Positions 1-11,192 of a stretch of DNA of 64,000 nt are shown here, piece by piece; the stretch's first letter is position 1, and each line of letters starts with the position of its first letter. Source of the stretch: Trichodelitschia bisporula (lineage: Eukaryota); the NCBI GenBank assembly GCA_010356995.1, contig ML996692.1, positions 1 to 64,000 on the forward strand, read 5' to 3'. The notes below the pieces were generated by a model, which was not told where the DNA came from, searched no databases, and was given only the letters and a program-made list of their open reading frames with translations. The position numbers were made by a program, and so were the translations under genes.

Positions 1-39
1 AATGCCTTCCGCACTCACCCATTCCCACGGCAAAATGCT

Positions 40-2203
40 GCTCCCAATTTAGTTATCTGTCATGGGACGAGCCCAACCTAGTTGGGACAACTCCCATAAC
101 AAGGAGGTAAGACTAATGCTTGCCAACACTGGTCACTCGTCCTCCAGGAACCACAGACCATTCCTGGTCACGTGACCAAGGGTCTCGACGCCCAGACCAC
201 CACCTCCACTTCACATAGATTCTTCATAGAAGTATTGTTTGTTTGACCGTGCCAATCGAATTCCACCCGTGAACCTAGCTGGGCCCTGACATTATCTGTC
301 GGCCTCGCAATGAGCGCCTTTACACACGGCTCTGTGCGCCATGTCGCCGTCGACGGTCAACTGTACGTCTCCCCGCCCACGCCGCATCGCTAACGACCCA
401 GGTACTGGGGCTACTCACCGTAAGCCGCCCGCAATACCGCCTCCCATCTAACCCTCCAGTGAGCGCGACGACCGCTTCCCCAGCCCGCCCATCGCCATTA
501 CCTACAACCAGCGCACCTCGCGGCGCTTCGCCGTCGTCGACCCAGACCTCCCCGGCGATGGCTTGCAACGCCGACCCGCGCGCCCCGGCGCTGATCGCCC
601 CCGCCCGCGCGGGCAGCACGGTACGCTTCCTGTGAAGTCCCTGGTTTGCGAGCCACAAGGGCCCCATCGTGAACTACCTGGCGCGATACACGGGGCCGGT
701 CGAGAAGGTGGACCTCAACGCGCTGTCCTGGTTCAAGATCTCGGAGCGGGGGCTGGCGGCGGATGGCCGGTGGGCCGTAGACGAGATGATGGACGACGGG
801 AACGTCACCACCACGGTAACTCCGCATGACATTGCGCCGGTGACCTACATCCTCCGCCTCGAGCTCATCGCGCTGTACTACGTGACCGAGGATAACCTAT
901 AGCACATGAAAGAGGACAAGATCCTGGGGCCACAGGTACGGCTCTAGCCTTGAGGACGTCGCTGACAACCCAGCACTACATCCAATGCTTCAACCCGCGC
1001 ATCTCGGGCAGCGGGGCTGCGTCGCCGCCCGGGGTCCGCTTCCTTGGCGCCTACCGGCCCTTCAAGCAGGAGCCGGGGCTGTACTTTGACATGTCGCGCA
1101 ACGTGTCGCCGTACCCGATCTCGGGGCCGGCGGTGTACGTGCCGCAGGACGCGGGGCCGGTGCTGCCGCCGCAGCCGGGGAGCGGGCTGCAGAGTCCGAC
1201 GGGCGAAGCGGCGCTGGATCTGAAGTACCTCGAGGCGATGATGGAGGATATCCTCGCGCATGACGCGTTCGCGCTCCGGGTGAATAAGCAGCGTTTGGGG
1301 TGGGGGCCGAACCCGAATATGACGGGTCTCGCGCCGGGCTCGGTGCCGCCTGGAGCGGTTGTGAAGGGGCTTTAGCTGCGGTCGTTGGGAGGCTGAGGTC
1401 TTGGGGGCGTCTCGTATGTAACAGTTGAAACGGCAATCGAAGACTCCGCGTTGTGTCTAAGGGTGATTGCCTCGCTGACAAGTGACAACGTACGTTGAGG
1501 CAAGCTCGGCTGGTTGAAGCCGGCGATGAACGTGTTGTTTTGTGCCGGGCCGAATTCCGGAGTCCGCTGCCCGTACATCGGCTCGCTCTGTGTGCTATTG
1601 CGTCACTATCACCGCTGCCGCGAGATTCGCTGCCGCAATGCCGGTAAGCCGCGATAACGGCGCCGCGTTTGTGATTGCTGAGGTGCGCGTGGATCGGTTC
1701 GCGCTGTGACTCGCCCCGGCCCCAGAACTCGGCCGTGTTCACCGAGTGGCAGGTGACACCGGAGCTAACGCGCCCCAGGCCATAAGCGGTACCTGTTGGA
1801 AAGCGGTGGCTCTGTTCAGCCTTACCCAGGTTCAGCCACAGGGCTCGAGTACAAGTAGACTCGGGATCCCCACCTCTTTGACAATTAAGCAACTTGTTCA
1901 TGAACAGACCTTCTGTCAGGGGCGCACAAATCCCTGGTTGCACAGCATTGGCTGTGGAATAACATTCATTGAAAGCTTGAAGAACTATGTAAGGGTTTCG
2001 CGTGTGAATGTGGAGTGTGGGGGAGCTGAGGGTGCTAGCGCACAGCCAGCGCCAAGTCCTCACCCCTGTTAGTCCAGCCGGGCTGGAATTGCAGGGATCA
2101 GGCATCAAGCTTACCAGGTCACGTGACCAGCACAGGGCATGTGGCGATTTGACTTGGGAGAAATGGTATCCTTCCCATGACACCTTCGGTCTAACTTGTG
2201 ATG
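40..2203. mobile_element. Possible degenerate non-autonomous TIR element enclosing the AA9 pseudogene
   Basis: The reverse complement of ~40-198 shares collinear blocks with ~2094-2203: ggcRtcRag, ggtcacgtgaccag, tgtgg, tgggag, tcccatgaca, ctaaMttgKga. No transposase or TSD seen. Confidence 0.35.
270..1375 (+). pseudogene. AA9 (GH61) lytic polysaccharide monooxygenase pseudogene
   Basis: Spliced reading (introns 363-401, 420-459, 936-973) gives signal-like PSWALTLSVGLAMSAFT|HGSVRHVAVDG (His1), MACNAD...APARAGSTVRFL*SPWFASHKGPIVNYLA, WFKISERG, W-A-D, P.DIAP..Y.LR.ELIAL, GPQHYIQCFN, YPISGPAVY, all typical AA9 blocks. Lesions: in-frame TGA 633-635 (conserved W), TAG 900-902, frameshift near 543, no in-frame ATG before the signal peptide. 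Confidence 0.85.
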
Positions 2204-2466
2204 CTGTGATGTTTCCATTGACTACACATCTCCTTTTATCAATAGTCAGCTCACTTCCCACTGCTAGTCAATTAAGCAACTCAGTCATGTTCACACTTCA
2301 TTTTAACACTATCAATGATCAATTGCGCTATCACCCACCGATATCGGCATCCGGGAATTGGTAATACAGTGCTGGACTCTCGCCATATGGCGACATCGCG
2401 CATCATTTGTCAGCTAGTAAACGATATATGGGCTCGTGCGCAATGTGAACCATCGCCGAATCAACA

Positions 2467-3351
2467 ATGACAAAGTACGCTAACAAGCTCGTGGGCAAGA
2501 AAATTGTGGTTATCGGAGGCACCTCCGGGTACGTCACAGCCGCCTCGATCTCCTAATCTAACGTCGCAGGATCGGCTTCGGCGCTGCGCAGGCTCTCCTC
2601 GATGCCGGTGCCCTCGTAACGGTCATCTCGTCGTCGAGCGACCGCGTGGCCGATGCCGTAAGGCGTCTCGGCGCCAATGCAGAGGGCAAGGTCGGCGACG
2701 TGCGCGACGAAGATGGCTTCACGAAGTTGCTCCAGTCACTCGCGCCGCTCGACCATCTCGTCTTTTCCGGCGTGGACAAAATCATCCGGGGCGGCCTGGC
2801 CGACGCAGACCTAGACGAGGCGAAGCACCTCTTTGGAGTCAAGTTCTGGGGCAGTGTGCTGACGGGCAAAGGTAAGCTGCCGGCAACTAACGAACGTTTG
2901 CTAACGGCTAGGGTAGTGCTTGCCAAGTATGACATCGTCAAGGCGGGCGGCTCGCTGACGCTGACTTCCGGGGCGGCGGCGTTCCGTCCGGGCAAGGGCG
3001 CTGCAATCGGCGGAGCGCTGAACGGCGGCCTGCTCACACTGACCAAAGGCCTTGCCTCCGAGCTCGCTGACAAGAAGATCCGCGTCAACACCGTCGTGCC
3101 TGGCCTCGTTAAGACGGAGCTGTGGGACAAGCTGGGCAAGTCCCAGGTCGAGCAGGAGCAACTCTTTGAACAAGGTGGCAAGAATCTCAGCGTTGGGTTT
3201 GTGGGCCTGCCGGAGGACATTGCTGAGGCGTACCTGTACACCATTCGCGCAGACTATGCCAACGGAGCACTGGTCGTAATTGGTGAGCTCTGTCCGCTGC
3301 GCGCTTTCAGTATCCTTACTGACCGGCACAGATGGGGGAGCTCAGCTGTAG
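2467..3351 (+). CDS. Short-chain dehydrogenase/reductase (atypical SDR), 4 exons
   Basis: MTKYANKLVGKKIVVIGGTSG|IGFGAA Rossmann motif split by an intron; KFWG, LTLTSG, LASELADKKIRVNTVVPG, ends ..VI|DGGAQL*. Confidence 0.9.
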
Positions 3352-3822
3352 AGGACAGTGAAGTCAATTATTCGCTTGATGGCCATGAGTTCACAAGTCC
3401 ACAGCGCATGCCAAATTGAAAGCCGTTGTACTCACACCTTTCCATTGATGCCTACAGAGGATATCTGCATCTGACCTTAAGTTTGTCGTGAGGTCGAGGT
3501 CCGAGAAGGTCCTTGGGCCAAGGGCTGGGAAGAACATGACGAGCGTTTCTCAATCAAGTTGCAACCGCATTGTGATGACATCTCTGCCGAACAAGAAGCA
3601 GAGACTATTAGTAGGGGCGCTCATCACTTTTCAGCCGAGCTCTGGGTCCCCTTGGTCTATGGCCTCCCAAGCAAAACGCTGCACGCCCGCCCGCATTCAC
3701 TCCGCCTAAGTCTCAGCACTGTCTCTCGCTAGCATCAGGCTGCTCGCGCGCCGCCATTATTTACCAGATCCTCGATGCATTACCCTCTAGCCGTAACCAT
3801 CCCCGTCATCAGCCAGCGCACG

Positions 3823-6800
3823 CTAAGCCGATGACAACGATGCCGACGATGCCGAGGTCGAGAGGGTCACCACCCGCACCGGTACGACGTACCGCCACGC
3901 CTCGAGCCCAATGCGCCGAAATTCAAGCAGCCGAAAAAAGACAAACCACAGCAGCAAAAGATCCATCGGCGCAATGACTATTGTCAGCACGACCGTAAAG
4001 CCGGTATCAAAACCGCGCCGCCAGAGCAGCACGAGCGGTGATGCCACCGCTGCGCAGCTCACGCCGAAGGCCAGGAACGGCATGAGGTGCCCCATCACAT
4101 CGTAAACCAGCGTGCTGCTGCTGTAAAGCAACCAACTCGCAAACTGCCGCGTCGACACCGCGTCCGCTTCCGAAATGTCGTTGTGCTCGCGTATCGCCAC
4201 AAAGCACTGCCGCTTCCACTCCAGCAAAATGGCGCTTCGTGACCCGAGCCGCACCAGGTAGGCAACCGCTAACAGGATGATGCACGTCGCAACAAAGTAC
4301 GCCACCGGTACGGGCGACTGGATTTCCGCCAGCTGCATACTGAACAGACTCGCCGCAAATGTTAGCGGGACGAACAGAAAGGCCAGCTCGGTCAACTTTG
4401 CGACACTCTCCGCCTCCTCGATACTGCGCCGACTCTCAGCTATAGCGATCTCAGATCGCAGCGATGCAGAGGTACGGTCGATCTGAGAGGATACATCGCT
4501 TACAAGCCTCAGGCACTCCTTCAGAGCCGTACGGTCGACTTGCCCCAAGTCGCTCAAAAAGTCCGCAAACGCCGGCAGCCGTTCTTGCAGCATGGTCATC
4601 TCGTACTGGAAGCGTCCCAGCAGCGTGCGCCAGTGCGGAATGTGCTGCTGTAGTTGCGCCGACGACAAGGTACTGATGCGGTTGTTGATATCGTTCAGCG
4701 AGATGCTCATGGCGGTGCGCAGCCCGGCGACGTCGGCAATTATAGTCTGTAGGAGAATTACCGAGACATCGGTGTTGGGCAACAGCTGGTCCATTGCCTC
4801 CAAGGTTGAGAGCGGCGGACCTTCGGCGTTCTCATCGCCGCGGGTAGTTGCAATCTCAAACGGCGTTAACAGGTCGTCGTGCGGCAGATCCTCTTTGACA
4901 TTTTCAAAATACTGGATAGTCGGGAGCGGATCCAGACAGATCACGACGATACTGCAGTCGTCCATGCTCCCCTTCCACAAAGTAATGCGCTCTTCCCAAC
5001 CGAGCGGAAATACAGCCGGCCGCAGGTGGCTGCTGAGGCTAAAGAAGTTGCGGAATATGTTTCTCATGGTTCGTACGCGGTGCTTATGTCGACAGCCCAT
5101 GACACAGGGCAGGTGGGGAAGCTCTTCGCGGACGATCTTGTTGTGCGTGCGGGTAGACATTCCGGGTGCCGGGAGGAGCGGTCGCAACCACTGGAAAGAG
5201 TGATACTGGCGCCAGGTGGGCCGGAATTTAGTCCACAGATCATTTTCCGGCGGTTGCTCTGGGGTGTAGCCGGAGTCGCGGAGGTGGGCCTCAAAGAAAC
5301 CAGGTATAACGTCGAACGCATTCCCAACCAGCTCAATCTTCGCGGGATCGAGGTCCTCGAGGATGACAAGTCGAGTGGCGGCGGTCTGAACGCCGCGCAA
5401 TTCCCTTGAATTATTCGCAGGGCGTCGCACCAGGTTTGAGCCTTCGCGATCGAAGCAGATGATTGCACCAGTCCTTTTCTGCCGGCAATTGAGAGCTGTC
5501 ACAATCCCAAGGTGTGGGGCCTTGGGTACTGCATCGGACGCATTCTTCCACCAGCGAGAGGTTTGCTGAAGTTCTTCATCATAAGGCAGCAGCAGCGGTG
5601 GCGGGGGCAGCGGCAGCGGTAGCGGATTATGTGGACGAGTGATCTAATCTTTAGCTGGGCTGGCAAAGGGACAGAAAACTGACCACCGGGACTCTTGACG
5701 CATTTGCTCGGGATCCCCTCCGGCCCCCAGGGTTGGCGGGGGGCGGAGGAGGCGGGGGAGGTGGGGGAGGTGGGGGAGGCGGGGGAGGTGGGGGAGGCAT
5801 TCCGAGGGGCAAATCCATAGGCGGAGGAGGCATTCCGAGTACCGAAGCAAAGTCTGGAGGCGGGGATATAGCATGCGCATGGCGAGCCTGATTGTTAGCG
5901 GGATCATAGAAGGGCGGAGGGAAACCAACAGAGCGATTCGGATTCGGCAGTCCGCTCGCTGACCTCCCGGGGCGAGATGCTCTGCCGGGAGGGCGACGTT
6001 GGGAGTCCTCTACCCCATCCCGGCCTTGTGTGCTAGGTACGTTCGGCAGGTTGGGAGGGGGCGGCGGCCCAGATGCATCCTAAACGTTAGAACTAGTCGA
6101 AACAGTAATGTGGGCAGGGAACCGACAATTAGGTCAGCCGCGGGCGAGCGCGAGGGGGCTTCAGTCGGAGGCTCCGCCGAACGGGGTGGTATGCCTAAAG
6201 GTCCACTACTCTGGGCATCGGCTGCATTCCGGATGACCTGCGTTGAGCCTGGCGAGGGGAGGGAAGCGGGGAGCGATGTCGAAAGCTCTACCGGAGAGGC
6301 TGACAAGCTATGGTAGGGATGTATGACGCCCTGAGGATCATTGCGGCTCTCATGGCTTGTACTCGGCGCCGTGGGAGGAGGTGGAGGCTCCGAGTTATTA
6401 GCAGAGCTGGCGGGCAGGGCGAAGTCGCGGAGTTGGATTCCAGAGGGTATTGCCACGAGTTGACTAGTACTCGTTCCCGAGATTGGAAATTCGTCAGTTT
6501 GCCGATGCGTGGTATCCATCGCATCACGCTGGTGATTTCGATCCGGGGCCGCGACGTCCAGCCTGCGCGCCGCCCGACTGTCAGCCGAGCCCACGGGGAA
6601 CGTCGAACCAACCAACGGCGCGCCTGAGGGCACATCAGGCGTTTGCCTCGAATTCTCCGCCATCGACAATACGTCGGAGGGGCGATGCACGACGCTCTCA
6701 ACACCACGGCTCACATGACTCGTATCCGGAGGTACAAGGTCCGGGATTCGAGCAGCCAGACTAATTGCTGAGCCAGGGTCCAGGCTTATAAGGGGTATGT

Positions 6801-6855
6801 CGTGAAGAGTACTTTGGCCAGTATCTGTGGATGGATGCTCCGGCGGCGATTCCAT
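3823..6855 (-). CDS. Fungal CorA-like Mg2+ transporter-domain membrane protein with long disordered, Pro-rich N-terminus
   Basis: C-terminal ORF 3823-5502 has ESRRSIEEAESVAKLTELAFLFVPLTFAASLFSM plus further TM helices (fungal CorA-like signature). Joined to ATG 6855 via predicted introns at ~6080-6122 and ~5644-5682. The 5' structure is less certain. Confidence 0.7.
5735..5850 (-). repeat. Poly-proline coding repeat (9-bp GGGGGAGGY units on +)
   Basis: gggggaggt/gggggaggc tandem units encoding a PPPPPP... run. Confidence 0.85.
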
Positions 6856-7035
6856 TGAGGGTGAGTTGTAATGCGAGTTATGGCTTGTGATGGGGTGAGG
6901 GTCCGATGGCGCGGCTCAAAACACCTTCGTACGAGGCCTCAGCTCCTGCAAGCCTTGTCACGGGATCATCCTCGTATGGCGAACTTCGTGCCCCGCAGTG
7001 CCCGCCTTCCGAATTTAACTTCACAATCCCTCACG

Positions 7036-7941
7036 ATGAATATAAGCTTTACGGTCAACCTTCGTATGTTACTCCCTTCGCCGGGTTTCCGCTGACCGTT
7101 AGAACGGTTCGTCCCATGGTTGGGTTACCATCATGTTCTCATGCTATTTTGTCTCGGCGCTATTGTGCTATGGTGTAAGTCACTACTTCTGGATTATTAG
7201 TACTCACAAACAGCGATCACGCTTGCGGGCTGTTCGTCGTACTCCTCGATGACCAACATATACATTCTCGCCGTCGAGTACGCCAACGGAACAGCACCCA
7301 AAACTGCCACCAACGTGTCGTCGATGCTCCGAGAAGCGCGGGGGATCGCACAGCTCCAGTCCCGCGTCGGTTATTTCGGTCAATGTGTGCGGAAAGGAGG
7401 GATCGCGTGGGTATGCGGCGGCGACGCGCAGACGTTAGTTAGCGAATTTGGCAACGACGATCCGCTGTCGATGCTGGACATATTGGGCCAATTCCAGAAA
7501 GACGTCTTGTTCTCGGGATTCATGTAAGTTGCCAGAGCCTCCCTTAAGCGTTGCTGACCGAGGAGCTTCATGGCTATCGTTCTTGTGTTCTTCGCCGTTG
7601 TCACCCTCGCCACTTTCCCCGGCTGGCATCAGGAAACAGACGATACGGGAGAGGAGATCGACGTCAAGCCGTTCCCATCCAAAGTGGCGATCAAGTTTTG
7701 CTCGCTTACCTCAGGCTTTGCGACGGTATTTTGTATTGTTTCGGCCTTGTGGCAGCATACGGCAGCCGTATCAGCAGCTACCATGATTGAGGGCCTGAGC
7801 TATGGCAATCTGAAAGCCAGCGTTGGACCGGGAGCAATGGCACTCTCTTGGCTCGGTGTAGCATTGCTGTGTGTTGTGAATCTTGGTATCGTCGTAATGT
7901 GGGCATCAATGGCCATTCTCGACCAGCTGACGGAGGATTAA
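7036..7941 (+). CDS. FIG1: Fig1-family (SUR7/claudin-like) Ca2+ influx regulator and cell-fusion protein
   Basis: Spliced MNISFTVNL|QRFVPWLGYHHVLML...LAGCSS...RVGYFGQC..., FPGWHQE...EIDVKPFPS..., SALWQHTAAV: characteristic of filamentous-fungal Fig1; 3 introns. Confidence 0.85.
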
Positions 7942-8320
7942 TGTAAGCAACTGGCATTGTTGCCCGGGGACCGGTGGTCAGGAGGCAAAGTTGGCCCAAG
8001 GATCGGCGAGCCGATGAGGAGACGCTGTCCTAATACAAGTATCTGCCGTTTATTTGTCAGGACTAGAATCTGAGACGCTGATGAAAAGGTCACCAAGATT
8101 GTACGGTGGCAGTCATACAGTGAACAGTGACAAGTGCATGGGTCAGTTCTAGAGGAAGTGGCAACGTACCGGTGGCGGATGCCCCTACGTTCGTAGAGAG
8201 CTGATGGCTTCTTGTTCTCGACCGTCATCACACCGCAGAACTTTCTTGGGGGTCGACCACATCAGCATCATTTAACGCTGAACTCACGTCTCGCAAAACC
8301 CTTTGATTGCTTAACTGCCT

Positions 8321-9847
8321 TCATGGCATGTTCAGCTCGAACCGCCTGACCGTGACCTCACCACCTAACACCTTGGTAGCAAAGTTAAACACCGCAAAGC
8401 GATACCCCATGAAAAACTGCCACGCCGTCTTCATCACAAACGGACGGCCGAGCGTATGCCAGCTCCGCCCATCAGTGCTGTACGAAAAGATGCCCGCACG
8501 CCCTGCACCGGGGCGAATATCAGCAGCGAGCCTCAGCCAAACCGTCCCGCCTTGAATAGGAACAGCCTCGACTTCAGACCCCATCTTCGCCGTGCGCCAC
8601 TTGTCGTCCATCTCGATCCCATGCACAACCACAACCCGCACCTCCCCTCCGTCCTTCTGTACCCCAATCCACGCACTCGAATCCCGGAGCAACGCCAGCC
8701 CTGCGCGATCCCCGTCGCGCATCCCCTCAAAGTCAAGCTCAATCGTCGCGCTCGACTGCGGTCCCACAATCCGACGCGTCAGCGTATTCCGCGCGGCGTA
8801 CAAATCCAGCGTACGCGTCGCGGTGCGCAGAACAAGCCCGTTGCCCAGCGCGAATTTACTGACGTCCGGGTTGTGGTTCCACTCCCAGTCCGGGCCGAGC
8901 GTCGGTGCTTCGAATGTTTCCACCCCAAGGGAGGACTTCACGGCCCGCGGCGGCCCGGGGTACGGGTACGATGCTGCCCAGCGCGAGCCCGGCGCTTGCA
9001 CGGTGGGGAACCCATCCGCCCCCCATGAGACCGGCGCGAGGACCGGCACGCGGCCGCCGGGGTACGCATCAATGAAGGCCATGTAGTACCACGCACCAGA
9101 CGGCGTCGTTACCAGCCCGCCTTGGTGTGGAGCCCCGCTGCCCGCCACCGGGGACGGGATGCGGTTGACCAGCACCTTCATCGTGTACGGCCCAAACGGA
9201 GACGCTGCCTTGAGCACGTACTGCGCGTCAGGCGGCTTGGTGACGAAAATGTAGTAGCTCCCCTTGTATTTGTAGAAGCGCGAACCCTCGATCGTGCCTA
9301 CATTCTTTGGCGACCGGAACACCACCTGCGTGCGCACCTGCCGCAGCCCGTCAGGCGACATCTGCGCGACGCTGATGTTTGTGTTGCCGTACGCGACGTA
9401 CATGCGGTCGTCGTCGTCCACCAGCAAGCCGGCGTCATAGTAGCAGCTGTCAATCGTCGAGCGACGGGTCCACGGCCCCGTGGCCGCTGGTGCCGTGTAG
9501 ATGTGCGTTTTGGCGAACTCAATGCACCCGCCCCAGTAGAATAGGTCACTGCGTGGGCGGTACCCCAGAAATGAGGCCCATATGCCCTTGACGTATGCGT
9601 TGCCTCCGCTCAGGTCGTACTTCGGCGACCAATCGAGAACCGGCACTGAGTGTCCGATGAACTCCCAGTTCACCAAGTCGTACGACCGCAGCACCGGCGC
9701 GCCTGGGGAGTAGTGCATCGTCGAAGCCGAGTAGTAGTACGTGTTGTTGACGCGCAGGACGTCGAGGTCGGCGAGGTCCTGCCATAGGACCGGATTGTTG
9801 AACTGTTGGCCCAGGACGGGCAGCACGAAAAAGAGTGACAGCTTCAT
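8321..9847 (-). CDS. Secreted glycoside hydrolase family 43 (beta-xylosidase/alpha-L-arabinofuranosidase) with C-terminal ConA-like domain
   Basis: Signal peptide; NPVLWQDLADLDVLR, SASTMHYSPGAPVLRSYDLVNW, YYDAG, IEGSRFYK, PHQGG, WEWNHNP; intronless 508 aa. Confidence 0.95.
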   Translation of the reverse strand: MKLSLFFVLPVLGQQFNNPVLWQDLADLDVLRVNNTYYYSASTMHYSPGAPVLRSYDLVNWEFIGHSVPVLDWSPKYDLSGGNAYVKGIWASFLGYRPRSDLFYWGGCIEFAKTHIYTAPAATGPWTRRSTIDSCYYDAGLLVDDDDRMYVAYGNTNISVAQMSPDGLRQVRTQVVFRSPKNVGTIEGSRFYKYKGSYYIFVTKPPDAQYVLKAASPFGPYTMKVLVNRIPSPVAGSGAPHQGGLVTTPSGAWYYMAFIDAYPGGRVPVLAPVSWGADGFPTVQAPGSRWAASYPYPGPPRAVKSSLGVETFEAPTLGPDWEWNHNPDVSKFALGNGLVLRTATRTLDLYAARNTLTRRIVGPQSSATIELDFEGMRDGDRAGLALLRDSSAWIGVQKDGGEVRVVVVHGIEMDDKWRTAKMGSEVEAVPIQGGTVWLRLAADIRPGAGRAGIFSYSTDGRSWHTLGRPFVMKTAWQFFMGYRFAVFNFATKVLGGEVTVRRFELNMP

Positions 9848-9937
9848 GTGGCTCCAAAAAGTCGATTAGGGCCTCTTGTAGTCGACAAATAAAAATGGAA
9901 GCAATATGCATAGATTGCGTCGGACAATTAGATTCCG

Positions 9938-11072
9938 CTACGGCCCCTCAATAATCACCTTGATGCCCTTGCCCGCCTTGACGTCCTTGAACGCCTCCTC
10001 AGCATCGCTGAACGGCACGGTCCGCGTAATCAGCGGCTTGACCTGTACCCGGCCGCTGTTGATCAGCTCGACCGCGAGCTTGTAGTCGCCGCTGCCATAG
10101 CGGAAGCTCCCCTTGACCGTCAGTTCCTTCGTGCACATAGCCATGATGGGGAAATCGATGTTCGGAGCACCCTGACTCATTAGCGAGCCCCAAATAAAGT
10201 CAATGAGTGCCTACCATCCCCGCCTGGCAGTACGTGCCTCCAGTACGCAGAGCGTGAATACCCGCCTGGATACACGGCGCCGCGCCGCTGGCATCTATGC
10301 ACACATCCGCGCCCGGGCCGAGCTCGCACTCCGCTACCAGCGTGGCCGCGCTCTCCTGTGGGCTCCCACGCGAACGGAAGATATGTGTGGCGGCGAACTC
10401 CCTTGCAAACAGCAGGCGTTCCTCATTGATGTCCACGCTCACGATCTTGCTCGCGCCAAAGGCGCGCGCAACGGCGCAGCAGAGAAGACCTACCGGCCCG
10501 GCGCCGAAGATCAGGACCGACGAGCCAGGGCGCACATCCGCCTGGCGACACACGTGCACGGCGACGGCGGTCGGCTCGGCAAGTGCGCCCTCCTGCAGAC
10601 TGACATGCGGCGCGAGTGGCACGCAAAAGTCCTCCGGCAGGACGTAGAAGCGCGCAAGCGTGCCGTCGCACGGGGGCGTCGCGGCGAAGCGCATGTCCGG
10701 ACATAGGTTGTAGTAGCCGTCCTTGCAGCGTTCGCAGCGGCGGCATGGTATGCCCGGTTCAAGGGCAACACGGTCACCAGGGCTAAGGGAGCGCACGGCG
10801 CTGCCGACTGAGTGCACGATGCCGGCCGACTCGTGGCCTAGCACCATAGGCGCCTTTACGATGAAGTCGCCAATGCGGCCGTGAGACCAGTAGTGTACCT
10901 GCAATGTGAGCTTATGCGGTTGGGAACGAGAATAACCTACATCACTGCCGCAAATGCCGGTGAACTTGACCTCGATGAGTACGTCATGCTCATTGCGCAG
11001 CTCCGGAACGGGGCGATCTTCGAACGAGACCTTGTTGGGCTCCTCGAGGACAAACGAAAGATTCTGTGCCAT
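9938..11072 (-). CDS. xdhA: Xylitol/sorbitol dehydrogenase (Zn-dependent MDR polyol dehydrogenase)
   Basis: [36 protein letters not shown] structural Zn site, [26 protein letters not shown]; 2 introns. xdhA versus sdhA cannot be separated with certainty. Confidence 0.9.
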
Positions 11073-11192
11073 TGCGAACTGGGAGTAAAGTCAAGTCGAA
11101 ATTGAGGTTTAACACAAGTCAAAGCTTATCAAGTTCGTCAAGCTCATCAAGTCAGAGGATCACGGCCGAGAAGGACAATTGCAGGGATGCTT

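Noticed and set aside
1062..2261. 399-aa minus-strand ORF
   Set aside because: Non-ATG start, low-complexity Arg/Ser/Ala composition, antisense to the AA9 remnant, no motif; likely a shadow ORF.
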